NCBI GenBank assembly: GCA_963729325.1
Contig: CAVSNS010000022.1
Coordinates: 5,901-69,900 of the forward strand
Direction of reading: 5' to 3'
DNA length: 64,000 bases
From: an uncultured Acidobacteriota bacterium
GTDB taxonomy: Bacteria > Acidobacteriota > Terriglobia > Terriglobales > Acidobacteriaceae
This document shows, piece after piece, positions 9,620-17,965 of the stretch (its first letter is position 1; every line of letters begins with the position of its first letter). The position numbers were made by a program, and so were the translations under genes. The notes beneath the pieces are model-generated. The model did not search any database. It had not been told where the DNA came from and saw only the letters and a list, made by a program, of their open reading frames with translations.

Positions 9620-9859
9620 AATAGCTTTGGGTCTGAGGCGTGGGTCACTCCGCGCTTTGGATTAGCCCCGCAACCTGTTTGCGCAGGAAGCGGGGCACTG
9701 ATTGTTAAGGGTTATGGGTTATCCCGGTGGCACAACGGTAATTTCCACCGTGGGCCCCTGAGCAGTGAATCGAACAACGATCACGATTTTCACTGTTCTC
9801 CTTTCTCAAGAAAACGCTCTGCGCTCGAATCGCAGGGCGTTTCGCATTTGCGTCCAAAG

Positions 9860-10267
9860 TCATTTCGCGTTTCTCGGGGCGATGATCTGATCCGGAACCG
9901 GGCAATATCTTCCAACTTCACATTCGTAAAGCTGGCGGCTCTTTGTGAGTCGCTTGAGGGCGCTATGAATGACTGCCAGCGGGTTCGAGTATCGGCTCAG
10001 GTCGTATCCCGCCAGCGCAAGATTATTTCTTATATCCGTTGGGCTCATGGGCACGGGGGCCATGCGGACGGCGGTGAGCACGATTTCCTGAAACCCAACA
10101 ATATCGGCCTGGGCGTGGTGAAAAAGATTCCTAGAAGTCGTGATCGCCAGGGACTTTACGAGCTGCTGAAGTCTTACAACTTCCATAGTCCAGTGATCGC
10201 GTTGTCTGATCGCAGAAAGAAGTTCCTCTCGGGCAGCGTTCAAAGCGTCATTGTATACATAGGCCAT
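9860..10267 (-). CDS. hypothetical protein
   Basis: 135-aa ORF with no recognisable motif. The C-terminus may be a winged helix. Confidence 0.3.
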   Translation of the reverse strand: MAYVYNDALNAAREELLSAIRQRDHWTMEVVRLQQLVKSLAITTSRNLFHHAQADIVGFQEIVLTAVRMAPVPMSPTDIRNNLALAGYDLSRYSNPLAVIHSALKRLTKSRQLYECEVGRYCPVPDQIIAPRNAK

Positions 10268-10472
10268 AAACTACAGCGAGGATATTATGCAATTGCATAA
10301 AAGTCAAGTAAATTCTGCAAAAGGAGTGGCCAAGCCTAGCTCATGGGATGAGGCGATACAAGAGGCTGAGCGGAAACTCCGAACTTCCACGACAAGAACC
10401 AAGCAGTTAGAAGCTGCCATTCGGACTTTTAGGGCACACAAGAGCAGCGGTTTGCCTTGGCCTCGCACAAAA

Positions 10473-11204
10473 TCAGCAACACGGAATTAGCCCAGTACCC
10501 AACTTCGCGTCCTCAGCGAAAAAGAGGATATTTCTGAGCAGGAGACGCGCGGCTTCGGGTGCGTCAACAGGCTCGATCTTGTTCTGGGGTCCCTTGACGA
10601 GAAAAAAAAGTGTGGATAGCTGCGCCGAGCAATTCTCGCCGACGCGCGCGAGTTCCCCGGCAAAGGGAGTTCCGCAAGCGCGATAACCGTACTGAGTGCG
10701 GCGAATGTAGGAGATTTCGTCGGTTAGCACGGTGACATCACGAGGCGCGAGACAGGCAATCGTGGTTTTGCCCGCTCCGGAGATGCCAGAGAAAAGAAAC
10801 GCCCGGTCATTCCGGACTGCGCTCGCGGCGTGGAGGAGGAATCCGCCTTCCTTGGCCAGAATCAAAGTGTGTACGATGCGCAGCACGGAATCGATGGAGT
10901 AGGGGTTGGCTGACTGACGAATGCGTCCCCGCCCTGCCCGAGGGTCCCAGTGCGCACGAAAATCTCCTCGGCGTAAGCGCCACATTCCATCCCGCATTTC
11001 GACCCGAACGTCGTCCTCCGATTCCGACTCCGGCAACTCGGACGGCGCGGTCAGATCCACATCAAACTCGAACCTGGGTTGTGAAGCAGACCCGACAAAA
11101 CCGGCGTACCTGCTAACCAGCATGTCACGAAAGATTCGATCCTGAGTGCGCAGCAGGATAGAAAAGCCCCCGATTTCCACCGCGATCTCATGATCTTGGG
11201 GCAC
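10473..11204 (-). CDS. HPr kinase C-terminal-like (HprK-related) kinase
   Basis: 243 aa with a GTG start. HAASAVRNDRAFLFSGISGAGKTT is a P-loop in the context typical of HprK-related kinases found in RiPP and lasso loci. Confidence 0.7.
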   Translation of the reverse strand: MPQDHEIAVEIGGFSILLRTQDRIFRDMLVSRYAGFVGSASQPRFEFDVDLTAPSELPESESEDDVRVEMRDGMWRLRRGDFRAHWDPRAGRGRIRQSANPYSIDSVLRIVHTLILAKEGGFLLHAASAVRNDRAFLFSGISGAGKTTIACLAPRDVTVLTDEISYIRRTQYGYRACGTPFAGELARVGENCSAQLSTLFFLVKGPQNKIEPVDAPEAARLLLRNILFFAEDAKLGTGLIPCC

Positions 11205-11239
11205 TCTCTCTGGCTCCGTGTTTTACAGTTCTCCTGCCT

Positions 11240-11737
11240 TCACGCTGGCCCGGCAACTGTAGCTTCAAAACGAGATCTGGAACTCCTGCGCTGAGCGTCG
11301 AGTCGCATGACGATACGCTGGAGCAGATTGCAATGACAAAGCATCCGGCCGAAAATTTGACGGAATGGACCAAGCTTCAGCGTAGGTGCAGGGAACCAAC
11401 TGTCACGTTGAATTTTCGTAACCTTACCCAGCAATTCGCCTGGACGCACGGGCGGATCGGCCTGCGGCATGCAGTCACCGCGAGTAATAAGGAACTCGTG
11501 CTCTAATCTGGTTTTGCTGAGAACACGATGAACAAAGAAGCGACCATCGCGCAAGAAAAGCACGACGTCACCGTGTTCCATTTGATCAAAATTACTATAT
11601 TGGATAGTAAGAAGGTCGCCTGGCCACAACGTGGGTAGCATGCTGGCTCCCGTGGCGCGCAATTTTAATTTGCCGCTCGACTGCAGCCCCTCGGCCGCCA
11701 GACTGCACTTTCGCTGCTCGCAGGCCTCAGCGTTCAT
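11240..11737 (-). CDS. SipW-like (ER/archaeal-type, S26B) signal-peptidase-family protease without an obvious TM anchor
   Basis: 165 aa. GASMLPTLWPGD is the Ser nucleophile box. FVHRV has His where bacterial SPase I has Lys, as in Bacillus SipW (THRI). A TRGDCMPQAD box follows. Confidence 0.65.
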   Translation of the reverse strand: MNAEACEQRKCSLAAEGLQSSGKLKLRATGASMLPTLWPGDLLTIQYSNFDQMEHGDVVLFLRDGRFFVHRVLSKTRLEHEFLITRGDCMPQADPPVRPGELLGKVTKIQRDSWFPAPTLKLGPFRQIFGRMLCHCNLLQRIVMRLDAQRRSSRSRFEATVAGPA

Positions 11738-11747
11738 CGGTAACAGC

Positions 11748-11927
11748 CTATGACACCTTCTTGTGACCGTGGCACTGATGCTGGGTGCCGCTGATCTTTC
11801 CGCAAGCCAAGGCCAGCGTCTCGAATGCCCGCTCGTAGCGAAACTCTGGCCTTTTGTACGGCTTCTTGGCTTTAGTCTGGCTCGGTGCGCTCCTGTCTTC
11901 TGCAGAAGGCCGGTTCCTCTGAGTCAT
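11748..11927 (-). CDS. candidate RiPP precursor peptide, 59 aa (below ORF-track cutoff)
   Basis: Hand translation: MTQRNRPSAEDRSAPSQTKAKKPYKRPEFRYERAFETLALACGKISGTQHQCHGHKKVS. An in-frame stop lies 5 codons upstream of the ATG. By my hand count about 70 percent of third positions are G/C. The ORF ends 10 nt upstream of the peptidase gene on the same strand. Confidence 0.5.
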   Translation of the reverse strand: MTQRNRPSAEDRSAPSQTKAKKPYKRPEFRYERAFETLALACGKISGTQHQCHGHKKVS

Positions 11928-12077
11928 AGAAATACCAATGCGCTAGACGGTTACGTCTGCCTTGCGAACGAAGCACGAGTCCTAAGATAGCGCAGTGTAC
12001 AACAGACAGGAAGCCAAATGCTAAACCTTTGTTAACTCCTCGGACGCCCGGAAGCCAAGCCCGACTGGCCTTGCGTC

Positions 12078-12887
12078 TTAATAGAAAGAGAGCGTGCCGA
12101 GAAACCTTGCGCGCCTTAAGGTGTGGGAAAAAATCAGGAGGCTGAAAGGCAGCAGTGTCAGGGAAAAAATGCTCAGCACCATGATTTCGGGTTCCAGAGC
12201 TGCGAAACTCGCGCCTTCAAGAAGTGCCATGCGCATTCCGTAGAGGGAGTGAGTGATGGGAATCAGGTCGGACAGCACGCGCAGCGCCCAGGGGAGAGTC
12301 GCGACGGGAAACAGGGCTCCGGTCAGAAACCACACGCCGGACCCAAGCAACCACACGACTGCAGATCCCTTTTGAATGGCCAATTGCAAGGCGGCAGCGA
12401 GAATGCCGAGCGCGACCGCGATCAGGAGCGACAGCAGGAAGATCAGTGCGCAAGCTGCGACATTTGGGCTGGGAATTGCGCCTCGCCATAACAGAAGGCC
12501 TGCTCCGATAAAAAGGAGCAGTTGGATCGTATTTCGGCCAAACGCGGAAAGGGCACTCAGTAGAACCAACAACGGCGCGGATGTAGAGGTGGTGACCAGT
12601 ATTTCCAGAGTGCCCGTCTGTTGCGCTTCCTGCACGATCTGCAGGAAAGCGCTGATACCCAGGAGCCAAAATGTGTAGAAGCCGGTGCCCACCAGCACGA
12701 AGGGGAAGTAATCCATTCCCTCGGGACGGAATGAGGGACCGATAGCACGAGAGAGGTAATAAAACGCGGCCAGTTCGGCTGCCGTTCCGGCCGCGGTAAT
12801 CAGAAAGCCTGAGCGATAGCGGATGGCGGTCAAGAGGTCGCGGCGCAGGATGGCGAGCATTTTGTCGAGCGGGCCGGCCAGTCTCAT
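12078..12887 (-). CDS. ABC-2 type transporter permease
   Basis: 269 aa with about 6 hydrophobic helices. It overlaps the upstream ATPase gene by 4 nt. Confidence 0.7.
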   Translation of the reverse strand: MRLAGPLDKMLAILRRDLLTAIRYRSGFLITAAGTAAELAAFYYLSRAIGPSFRPEGMDYFPFVLVGTGFYTFWLLGISAFLQIVQEAQQTGTLEILVTTSTSAPLLVLLSALSAFGRNTIQLLLFIGAGLLLWRGAIPSPNVAACALIFLLSLLIAVALGILAAALQLAIQKGSAVVWLLGSGVWFLTGALFPVATLPWALRVLSDLIPITHSLYGMRMALLEGASFAALEPEIMVLSIFSLTLLPFSLLIFSHTLRRARFLGTLSFY

Positions 12888-13681
12888 CGCCAGCTCCTGG
12901 AGGTCAACGGTGCCGCCTCATCCAGTTCACCAGTGGTCTGAAAATAGAAGGAGCGCAGCTCGTCCGCATCCGCGCCAGTAATTTTCCGGTAGCCCGCCAG
13001 TCGGCCCTTATCCAGCACGGCAGCAAAATCGCCCACCGCGGCGGCCTCGTTGAGGCTGTGTGTGGCCAGAATGACAGTCGAGCCTCCGGCGGGAAGGGCG
13101 CGGATGAGAGTCTGAAAGTGGGTCGCCGCCGCTGGGTCAAGGCTGCGCGTTGGCTCGTCCAGCAAGATGACTGAGGGCTCTTTAATGAGTGCCCGCGCGA
13201 TGCCCAAGCGCTGGTACATGCCACTGGAAAACTTCATGACCAGAGTGTCCGCAGCGTCGAGCAAGCCGGTCCGTTCCAGCACAAGTTCAATTTGACGAGG
13301 TCGTGAGCGGCGAGGGACATCATCCAAGGCGGCAAAGAAATCGAGATTCTCCCGAGCCGAAAGTCGAGGGAAAAATGACCTTTCAGTGGAAACCGCAAAA
13401 CCCACATGTCGACGCACATGATCGGGATCTGTGTAGGTGTCGGCGCCTTCGACCAGGACACTCCCGGCATCGGGAAGGAGCATGGTGGATACCAGCTTCA
13501 GAATGGTTGTTTTTCCACTGCCGTTGGGACCCAGCAGAACAAGCACCTTGCCGCTGGAAACTCGAAGGGAGATCCCATCCAAGGCATGAGTTTCTCCTCT
13601 TCGTTCCCGGCCCATCCAGTTAAACATAGCGGGGCGGTGCCGGAAAACTTTGCTGACCGACTGGAGGATGACACTATCCAT
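12884..13681 (-). CDS. ABC transporter ATP-binding protein
   Basis: Walker A GPNGSGKTT, signature FSSGMYQRL and Walker B ILLDEP are present. The likely start is MDSVILQSV at 13681. The 113-aa Arg-rich extension in the ORF track is probably not translated. Confidence 0.85.
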   Translation of the reverse strand: MDSVILQSVSKVFRHRPAMFNWMGRERRGETHALDGISLRVSSGKVLVLLGPNGSGKTTILKLVSTMLLPDAGSVLVEGADTYTDPDHVRRHVGFAVSTERSFFPRLSARENLDFFAALDDVPRRSRPRQIELVLERTGLLDAADTLVMKFSSGMYQRLGIARALIKEPSVILLDEPTRSLDPAAATHFQTLIRALPAGGSTVILATHSLNEAAAVGDFAAVLDKGRLAGYRKITGADADELRSFYFQTTGELDEAAPLTSRSWR

Positions 13682-13752
13682 TTTTCTATTGCAAGAGTAT
13701 CCCGCAAAGACAACGGTATTATAGTGGCGATCGCAGAACTTTCCGCGCCAGA

Positions 13753-14979
13753 GTGGAGCGGCTAATTTCGAAAAAACCACCCTCCCGTATGCCCTCTGCC
13801 CCGCCAATGCCGACAGTCCCGCCAGCCAAGCCTGAGCGACCACAGGTGCGAGCATTCGTCTCCAGCACCGAGTTCGACTTGTTGCTCGCCTGCTGCGCCC
13901 ACGCTTCTGGCGACGAACGTATCCGCGAGATTCTTGAAGGTCCGCTGGACTGGAAGCGGCTTCTCCAGCTTGCCGGGCACCACGCCGTGATACCTCAGCT
14001 ATATCAACGTCTGTCGGCATCCAATGTCATACCCCAAGCGTTGCCTTTGCTTCAGCAGCACTACGAAGCTAACGCGCGGCAGACCCTCTGGCTCACTCGC
14101 GAATTGCTCAGGATTCTCAGTCACTTGCAGAGAAACAGCATTGAGACTCTGCCATATAAGGGTCCCGTCCTGGCTGAAATTCTCTACGGCAATGTTGCGC
14201 TGCGTCAGTTTTCGGATCTGGATCTGCTGATCCACGAGGCGGACCTGGCGAAAGTCAAGGCCGCACTTCTCGAACTGGGATACAAGCCCGCGCTTCAGCT
14301 GACCCCGTGGCAAAACCGCGCTTATCTCGAGTCCGGGTATGAATACGCATTCGACAGCTCTCTCGGCCGGAACCTGTTGGAAATGCAGTGGCGGATTCTG
14401 CCACGTTTCTATTCGATCAACTTCGACGTCGACGCGTTTTTCAGCCGGTCCATGGTCCTGAGTTTAGGCGGACATTCTTTGCGCACGCTTTGCAAGGAAG
14501 ACTTAATGGTGGTGCTCTGCGTTCACGCCGCCAAGCATGTATGGGTACAGCTTTCCTGGCTGTGCGACATTGCGGAGTTATCCCAGTCAGTCGACTGGGT
14601 CGTCGTTCAGGACCACGCCCAGCGGTTGGGCATCGAACGAATCGTAGCGGTGACTTTCATCTTGGCTGCCCGACTTCTTGGGACACGCATGCCGCAACCA
14701 GTACAGGAGCGCATCCGCAACGATCGCGCTGCCGAAGGGCTTGCAGATAAAATTCTGCCAATCGTGGCGCAGAGAACGGAATACCACACGGAATCGATGG
14801 CTTATTTCCGGCTAATGATGGATGTGCGAGAACGGTGGCGGGATCGATTGCGTTTTGTGGGGCGATTGGCTTTCACCCCAAGCGTCGGGGAGTGGAGCTC
14901 GGTCCGATTGCCCGGCCCTCTGTTCCCGTTGTATCGCGTCGTGCGTCTGATGCGATTGGCGCGAAGATTGATTTCATAG
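13753..14979 (+). CDS. NTP_transf_5-type uncharacterised nucleotidyltransferase
   Basis: 408 aa. TEFDLLLACCAH...DWKRLLQLAGHHAVIPQLY and DLDLLI...KHVWVQLSWLCD fit my recollection of this family. The gene is divergent from the ABC operon. Confidence 0.65.
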   Translation: MERLISKKPPSRMPSAPPMPTVPPAKPERPQVRAFVSSTEFDLLLACCAHASGDERIREILEGPLDWKRLLQLAGHHAVIPQLYQRLSASNVIPQALPLLQQHYEANARQTLWLTRELLRILSHLQRNSIETLPYKGPVLAEILYGNVALRQFSDLDLLIHEADLAKVKAALLELGYKPALQLTPWQNRAYLESGYEYAFDSSLGRNLLEMQWRILPRFYSINFDVDAFFSRSMVLSLGGHSLRTLCKEDLMVVLCVHAAKHVWVQLSWLCDIAELSQSVDWVVVQDHAQRLGIERIVAVTFILAARLLGTRMPQPVQERIRNDRAAEGLADKILPIVAQRTEYHTESMAYFRLMMDVRERWRDRLRFVGRLAFTPSVGEWSSVRLPGPLFPLYRVVRLMRLARRLIS

Positions 14980-15000
14980 CCGACCGAGTTCTGGAAACTA

Positions 15001-15822
15001 TCACCGTTTCGCATTCTTCCTTGCCCGCGCCATACCCGCCCGCAGACCTCGTTCGACGGCTCGCGTATATCCAGACTTCTTCATGCTGGCCATGGCTGCC
15101 GCCGAAATACCGCCCGGCGTGGCTGCCTCGTGCAGCAGATTCTGCAGCGATGTCTTGCCCTCACGCCAGGCGATAAGACCATCCGTGAGAGCGTGCAGGG
15201 CTGCAATCTGTGCCATTCTGCGACTGAGCCCCAACTTCTCGGCGGCTGCCGTCAATACCGCAAGGGCGTGATAGCCGTGGCTACAGGAGTAGGTCACGGT
15301 GAAGGCATCGAACTGGTTCTCAGGAATTTCTACAACGGGCCCGACTTTGCCAAAAAATTGCTTTACCTTTTGCTGTTCCGAGCGTGAGAGCTCGGGGTCA
15401 AACACCACCGCTGTCAGACCGCGCCGACTGCGGCATACCGGACTGGGCATGGCACGGGCCCAACGCACCGGCGGTCCCGCTCCAGCCCGCAACTTGGCCA
15501 GAGGAACACCCGCTGCGAGGCTGACGGCGGTCACGGGGTGGCTAATCTTCCCGATTCTGTCTAGCAATTCACGGACTGAGTTCGGCCTCACCGCGATGAT
15601 CAGAAGATGAGCTTGTTGCACCGCCTTGCCGAGATTATGTTCGACGATCACTCTGTACTGCTGTTTGAGACGCAGCACTTTGCGAGGATGGCGGTCATGC
15701 ACGACGATGGGCTTCTCATATCCAGAGAGCCGGAGGCCGGCCACAAGTGCGCTCGTGATCCGACCTCCGCCTAAAAAGACGGTCGCACTTTTTCGCACGG
15801 CTTTCACGCGAGGTCTACGCAA
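15001..15822 (-). CDS. proC: pyrroline-5-carboxylate reductase family protein
   Basis: The Rossmann N-terminus is FLGGGRITSAL. MPSPV...GLTAV and ATPGGISAAAM are P5CR signature regions. Confidence 0.7.
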   Translation of the reverse strand: MRRPRVKAVRKSATVFLGGGRITSALVAGLRLSGYEKPIVVHDRHPRKVLRLKQQYRVIVEHNLGKAVQQAHLLIIAVRPNSVRELLDRIGKISHPVTAVSLAAGVPLAKLRAGAGPPVRWARAMPSPVCRSRRGLTAVVFDPELSRSEQQKVKQFFGKVGPVVEIPENQFDAFTVTYSCSHGYHALAVLTAAAEKLGLSRRMAQIAALHALTDGLIAWREGKTSLQNLLHEAATPGGISAAAMASMKKSGYTRAVERGLRAGMARARKNAKR

Positions 15823-17144
15823 GCCCGGTCCACAGCCTCGATCAGCAACGCAATATCTTCATCCCTGTGCGCGGTGGAGATGATCCAGTGCAGTCCATTG
15901 GATGGCGTCATGTAGATGCCCTTGTCGAGCAAGCGATGGACGAAGCGAGAATAGCGCTGAGTATCCACATAGGTGCAGTAATCGCGATAGTCGTGAATGG
16001 CCTCCCGATCGGTGAAATAGATCTGGAACATGGGGCCAAACCCCTGCACGATCGCCTTGACGTTGCGCCGGCGAAATACTTCGCGCAATCCAGCAATTGC
16101 CGCATCGCCCATTGCATGAAGCTTGCGATATGCACCATCGGTAGATAGTAGATCGAGGTTAGCGGCGACCACCTTCATGGTAAGGCGGTGTCCGTTGAAG
16201 GTTCCATAGTGCAGGACCATGCCGTCGCCCCAGCGCATGCGATCGAGAATAGAGCGCGGACCCGTCACGGCGCCCACGGGAAATCCGGCGCCCAGCGCCT
16301 TGCCGAAGGTGCTGATATCGGGCTGGAGTCCGTAGTACTCCTGACAACCGCCAGGCGCGTAGCGGAACCCGGTGACGACTTCATCGAGAATGAGCAGCAC
16401 ACCGTAGTCGCGAATGAGTTCGCGGAGTCGCTTGAGAAAGCCATCGCGCGGGAGAATGCAGCCCATGTTGGCCATGATTGGCTCGGTGATAGCGGCCGCG
16501 AGTTCGCGGCCATGCTCGCGCAACACGCGCTCAATGCTGTCCACGTCATTCCATGGCGCGAGCACCACGTCGTCAAAGGTGGTCGGCGGAATGCCTTGCG
16601 AGTCAGGAATCCGGGCCGGGTTTTCCCGCGAACCCAGTTGCTCCAAGGGATGGCCGTGTGCATTCAAAAGATAAGGATCGTACCAGCCGTGATAGTGCCC
16701 TTCGAACTTCAGGAATTTGTGCCGTCCCGTGTGGGCACGCGCTAGCCTCAAGGCCAGCATGGTGGCTTCGCTGCCGCTGTTGGTGAAGCGAACCACTTCA
16801 GCGGATGGGACCATTCGGCAGAAGCGCTCGGCGGCGTCAACCTCTGCCGAGGTTGCGGCCGCAAAGTGTGCGCCCTCGGCCGCTGCCTGCGAAACCTTGT
16901 CAACCAGCTTGGGATGCGCATGGCCATGGATGAGCGCGCCAAACGACATCATGAAATCCACGTATTCGTTGCCGTCGGCGTCCCAGACGCGCGAACCCTG
17001 GCCGCGCTCGAGAAAGATTGGACCAGCAGTGTATACGGATAAGCCGCGCGAAGGGGAGTTCACGCCTTCGACCAGCGATTGTTGAGCGCGGCGAAACCAT
17101 TTCTGCGAGCGAGAAGCATGGCGGCTTGGAGCTGTCTTCGTCAA
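15804..17144 (-). CDS. class-III PLP aminotransferase, glutamate-1-semialdehyde 2,1-aminomutase-like
   Basis: 446 aa. FTNSGSEATMLALRLAR, LILDEVVTGFR and DISTFGKALGAGFPVGA (PLP Lys) are present. Confidence 0.8.
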   Translation of the reverse strand: MTKTAPSRHASRSQKWFRRAQQSLVEGVNSPSRGLSVYTAGPIFLERGQGSRVWDADGNEYVDFMMSFGALIHGHAHPKLVDKVSQAAAEGAHFAAATSAEVDAAERFCRMVPSAEVVRFTNSGSEATMLALRLARAHTGRHKFLKFEGHYHGWYDPYLLNAHGHPLEQLGSRENPARIPDSQGIPPTTFDDVVLAPWNDVDSIERVLREHGRELAAAITEPIMANMGCILPRDGFLKRLRELIRDYGVLLILDEVVTGFRYAPGGCQEYYGLQPDISTFGKALGAGFPVGAVTGPRSILDRMRWGDGMVLHYGTFNGHRLTMKVVAANLDLLSTDGAYRKLHAMGDAAIAGLREVFRRRNVKAIVQGFGPMFQIYFTDREAIHDYRDYCTYVDTQRYSRFVHRLLDKGIYMTPSNGLHWIISTAHRDEDIALLIEAVDRACVDLA

Positions 17145-17189
17145 TGCTCCTCAGTGCCCACGTAACGGACCGAGCGTGCCGGCAACGAC

Positions 17190-17951
17190 CTAGTCGGCCG
17201 TGCCGCCGCCATCCACCACAAGCGCAGCTCCGGTCATGAACGACGTGTCGTCGGAAGCGAGAAACAGAACGGCTTTGGCGATTTCGTTGGCAGTTCCTAT
17301 CCGCCCTAAGGGCCGGTTGCTGCAACCTGCCAGATAATCTTCCCATTTCAAACCGCGCATACGCGCGTCCCCTGGAAGCATGGGCGTATCTACGTCTCCG
17401 GGACAGATGCAATTCACCCGGATACCCTGCCGCCCGTGATCGATCGCCATCGCCTTGGTCAGAAGAACCACGCCGCCTTTGGAAGCGCAGTATGCCACCG
17501 CCGCGTCGCCACCCACGATCCCCCAGCCGGAGCTATTGTTGATGATTACGCCGCTGCCCTGCTGGATCATGCCAGGCAGTGCGGACTTCGACATTAGGAA
17601 AGTGCCCTTCAGGTTGATGTCAATTTGGAGGTCCCATTCTTCTTCGGTGCAATCAAGGGCGGTGTGGGGATAGAAAATACCGGCGTTGTTGAACAGGATG
17701 TCCAGGCGACCGAAAGCGTGCACGGTTTCGTCGACGGCGCGGCGGCATTCTTCCGATTTCCTGACATCGGTACGGATAAAAATGGCGGAACCACCTTCTT
17801 TCAAAATTTGCTCGGTCACGGAATGGCCACGCTTTTCGTTGCGGCCGGCTATGGCTATTTTGGCGCCTTCTTTGGCAAAGAGGAGCGCCGAGGCTTCACC
17901 GATGCCGGACGTCCCACCCGTTATGAGAGCGACTTTGTTTGCCAGGCGCAT
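17190..17951 (-). CDS. short-chain dehydrogenase/reductase (SDR)
   Basis: TGGTSGIG, NNAG and YCASKGG motifs. Confidence 0.85.
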   Translation of the reverse strand: MRLANKVALITGGTSGIGEASALLFAKEGAKIAIAGRNEKRGHSVTEQILKEGGSAIFIRTDVRKSEECRRAVDETVHAFGRLDILFNNAGIFYPHTALDCTEEEWDLQIDINLKGTFLMSKSALPGMIQQGSGVIINNSSGWGIVGGDAAVAYCASKGGVVLLTKAMAIDHGRQGIRVNCICPGDVDTPMLPGDARMRGLKWEDYLAGCSNRPLGRIGTANEIAKAVLFLASDDTSFMTGAALVVDGGGTAD

Positions 17952-17965
17952 AGGTGTGGCCCAAG

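Noticed and set aside
8708-10300. 530-aa plus-strand ORF, the longest in this area
   Set aside because: It is the antisense shadow of the IS1 transposase and of the 135-aa ORF. It has no recognisable motifs. The minus-strand products have clear transposase signatures.
11748-11927. The small peptide as a lasso peptide precursor
   Set aside because: After either putative cleavage site the core has no Asp/Glu at positions 7-9 for macrolactam formation. The window contains no Asn-synthetase-like cyclase and no B2 protease. The leader motif spacing is also shorter than the canonical one.
11763-11990. 75-aa plus-strand ORF from the track
   Set aside because: It is opposite to the surrounding operon and featureless. 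It is exactly antisense to the better-supported 59-aa ORF.
13682-14020. 113-aa N-terminal extension of the ABC ATPase ORF
   Set aside because: It is Arg-rich and low-complexity, and it overlaps the divergent NTP_transf_5 gene. The conserved ATPase begins at MDSVILQSV.
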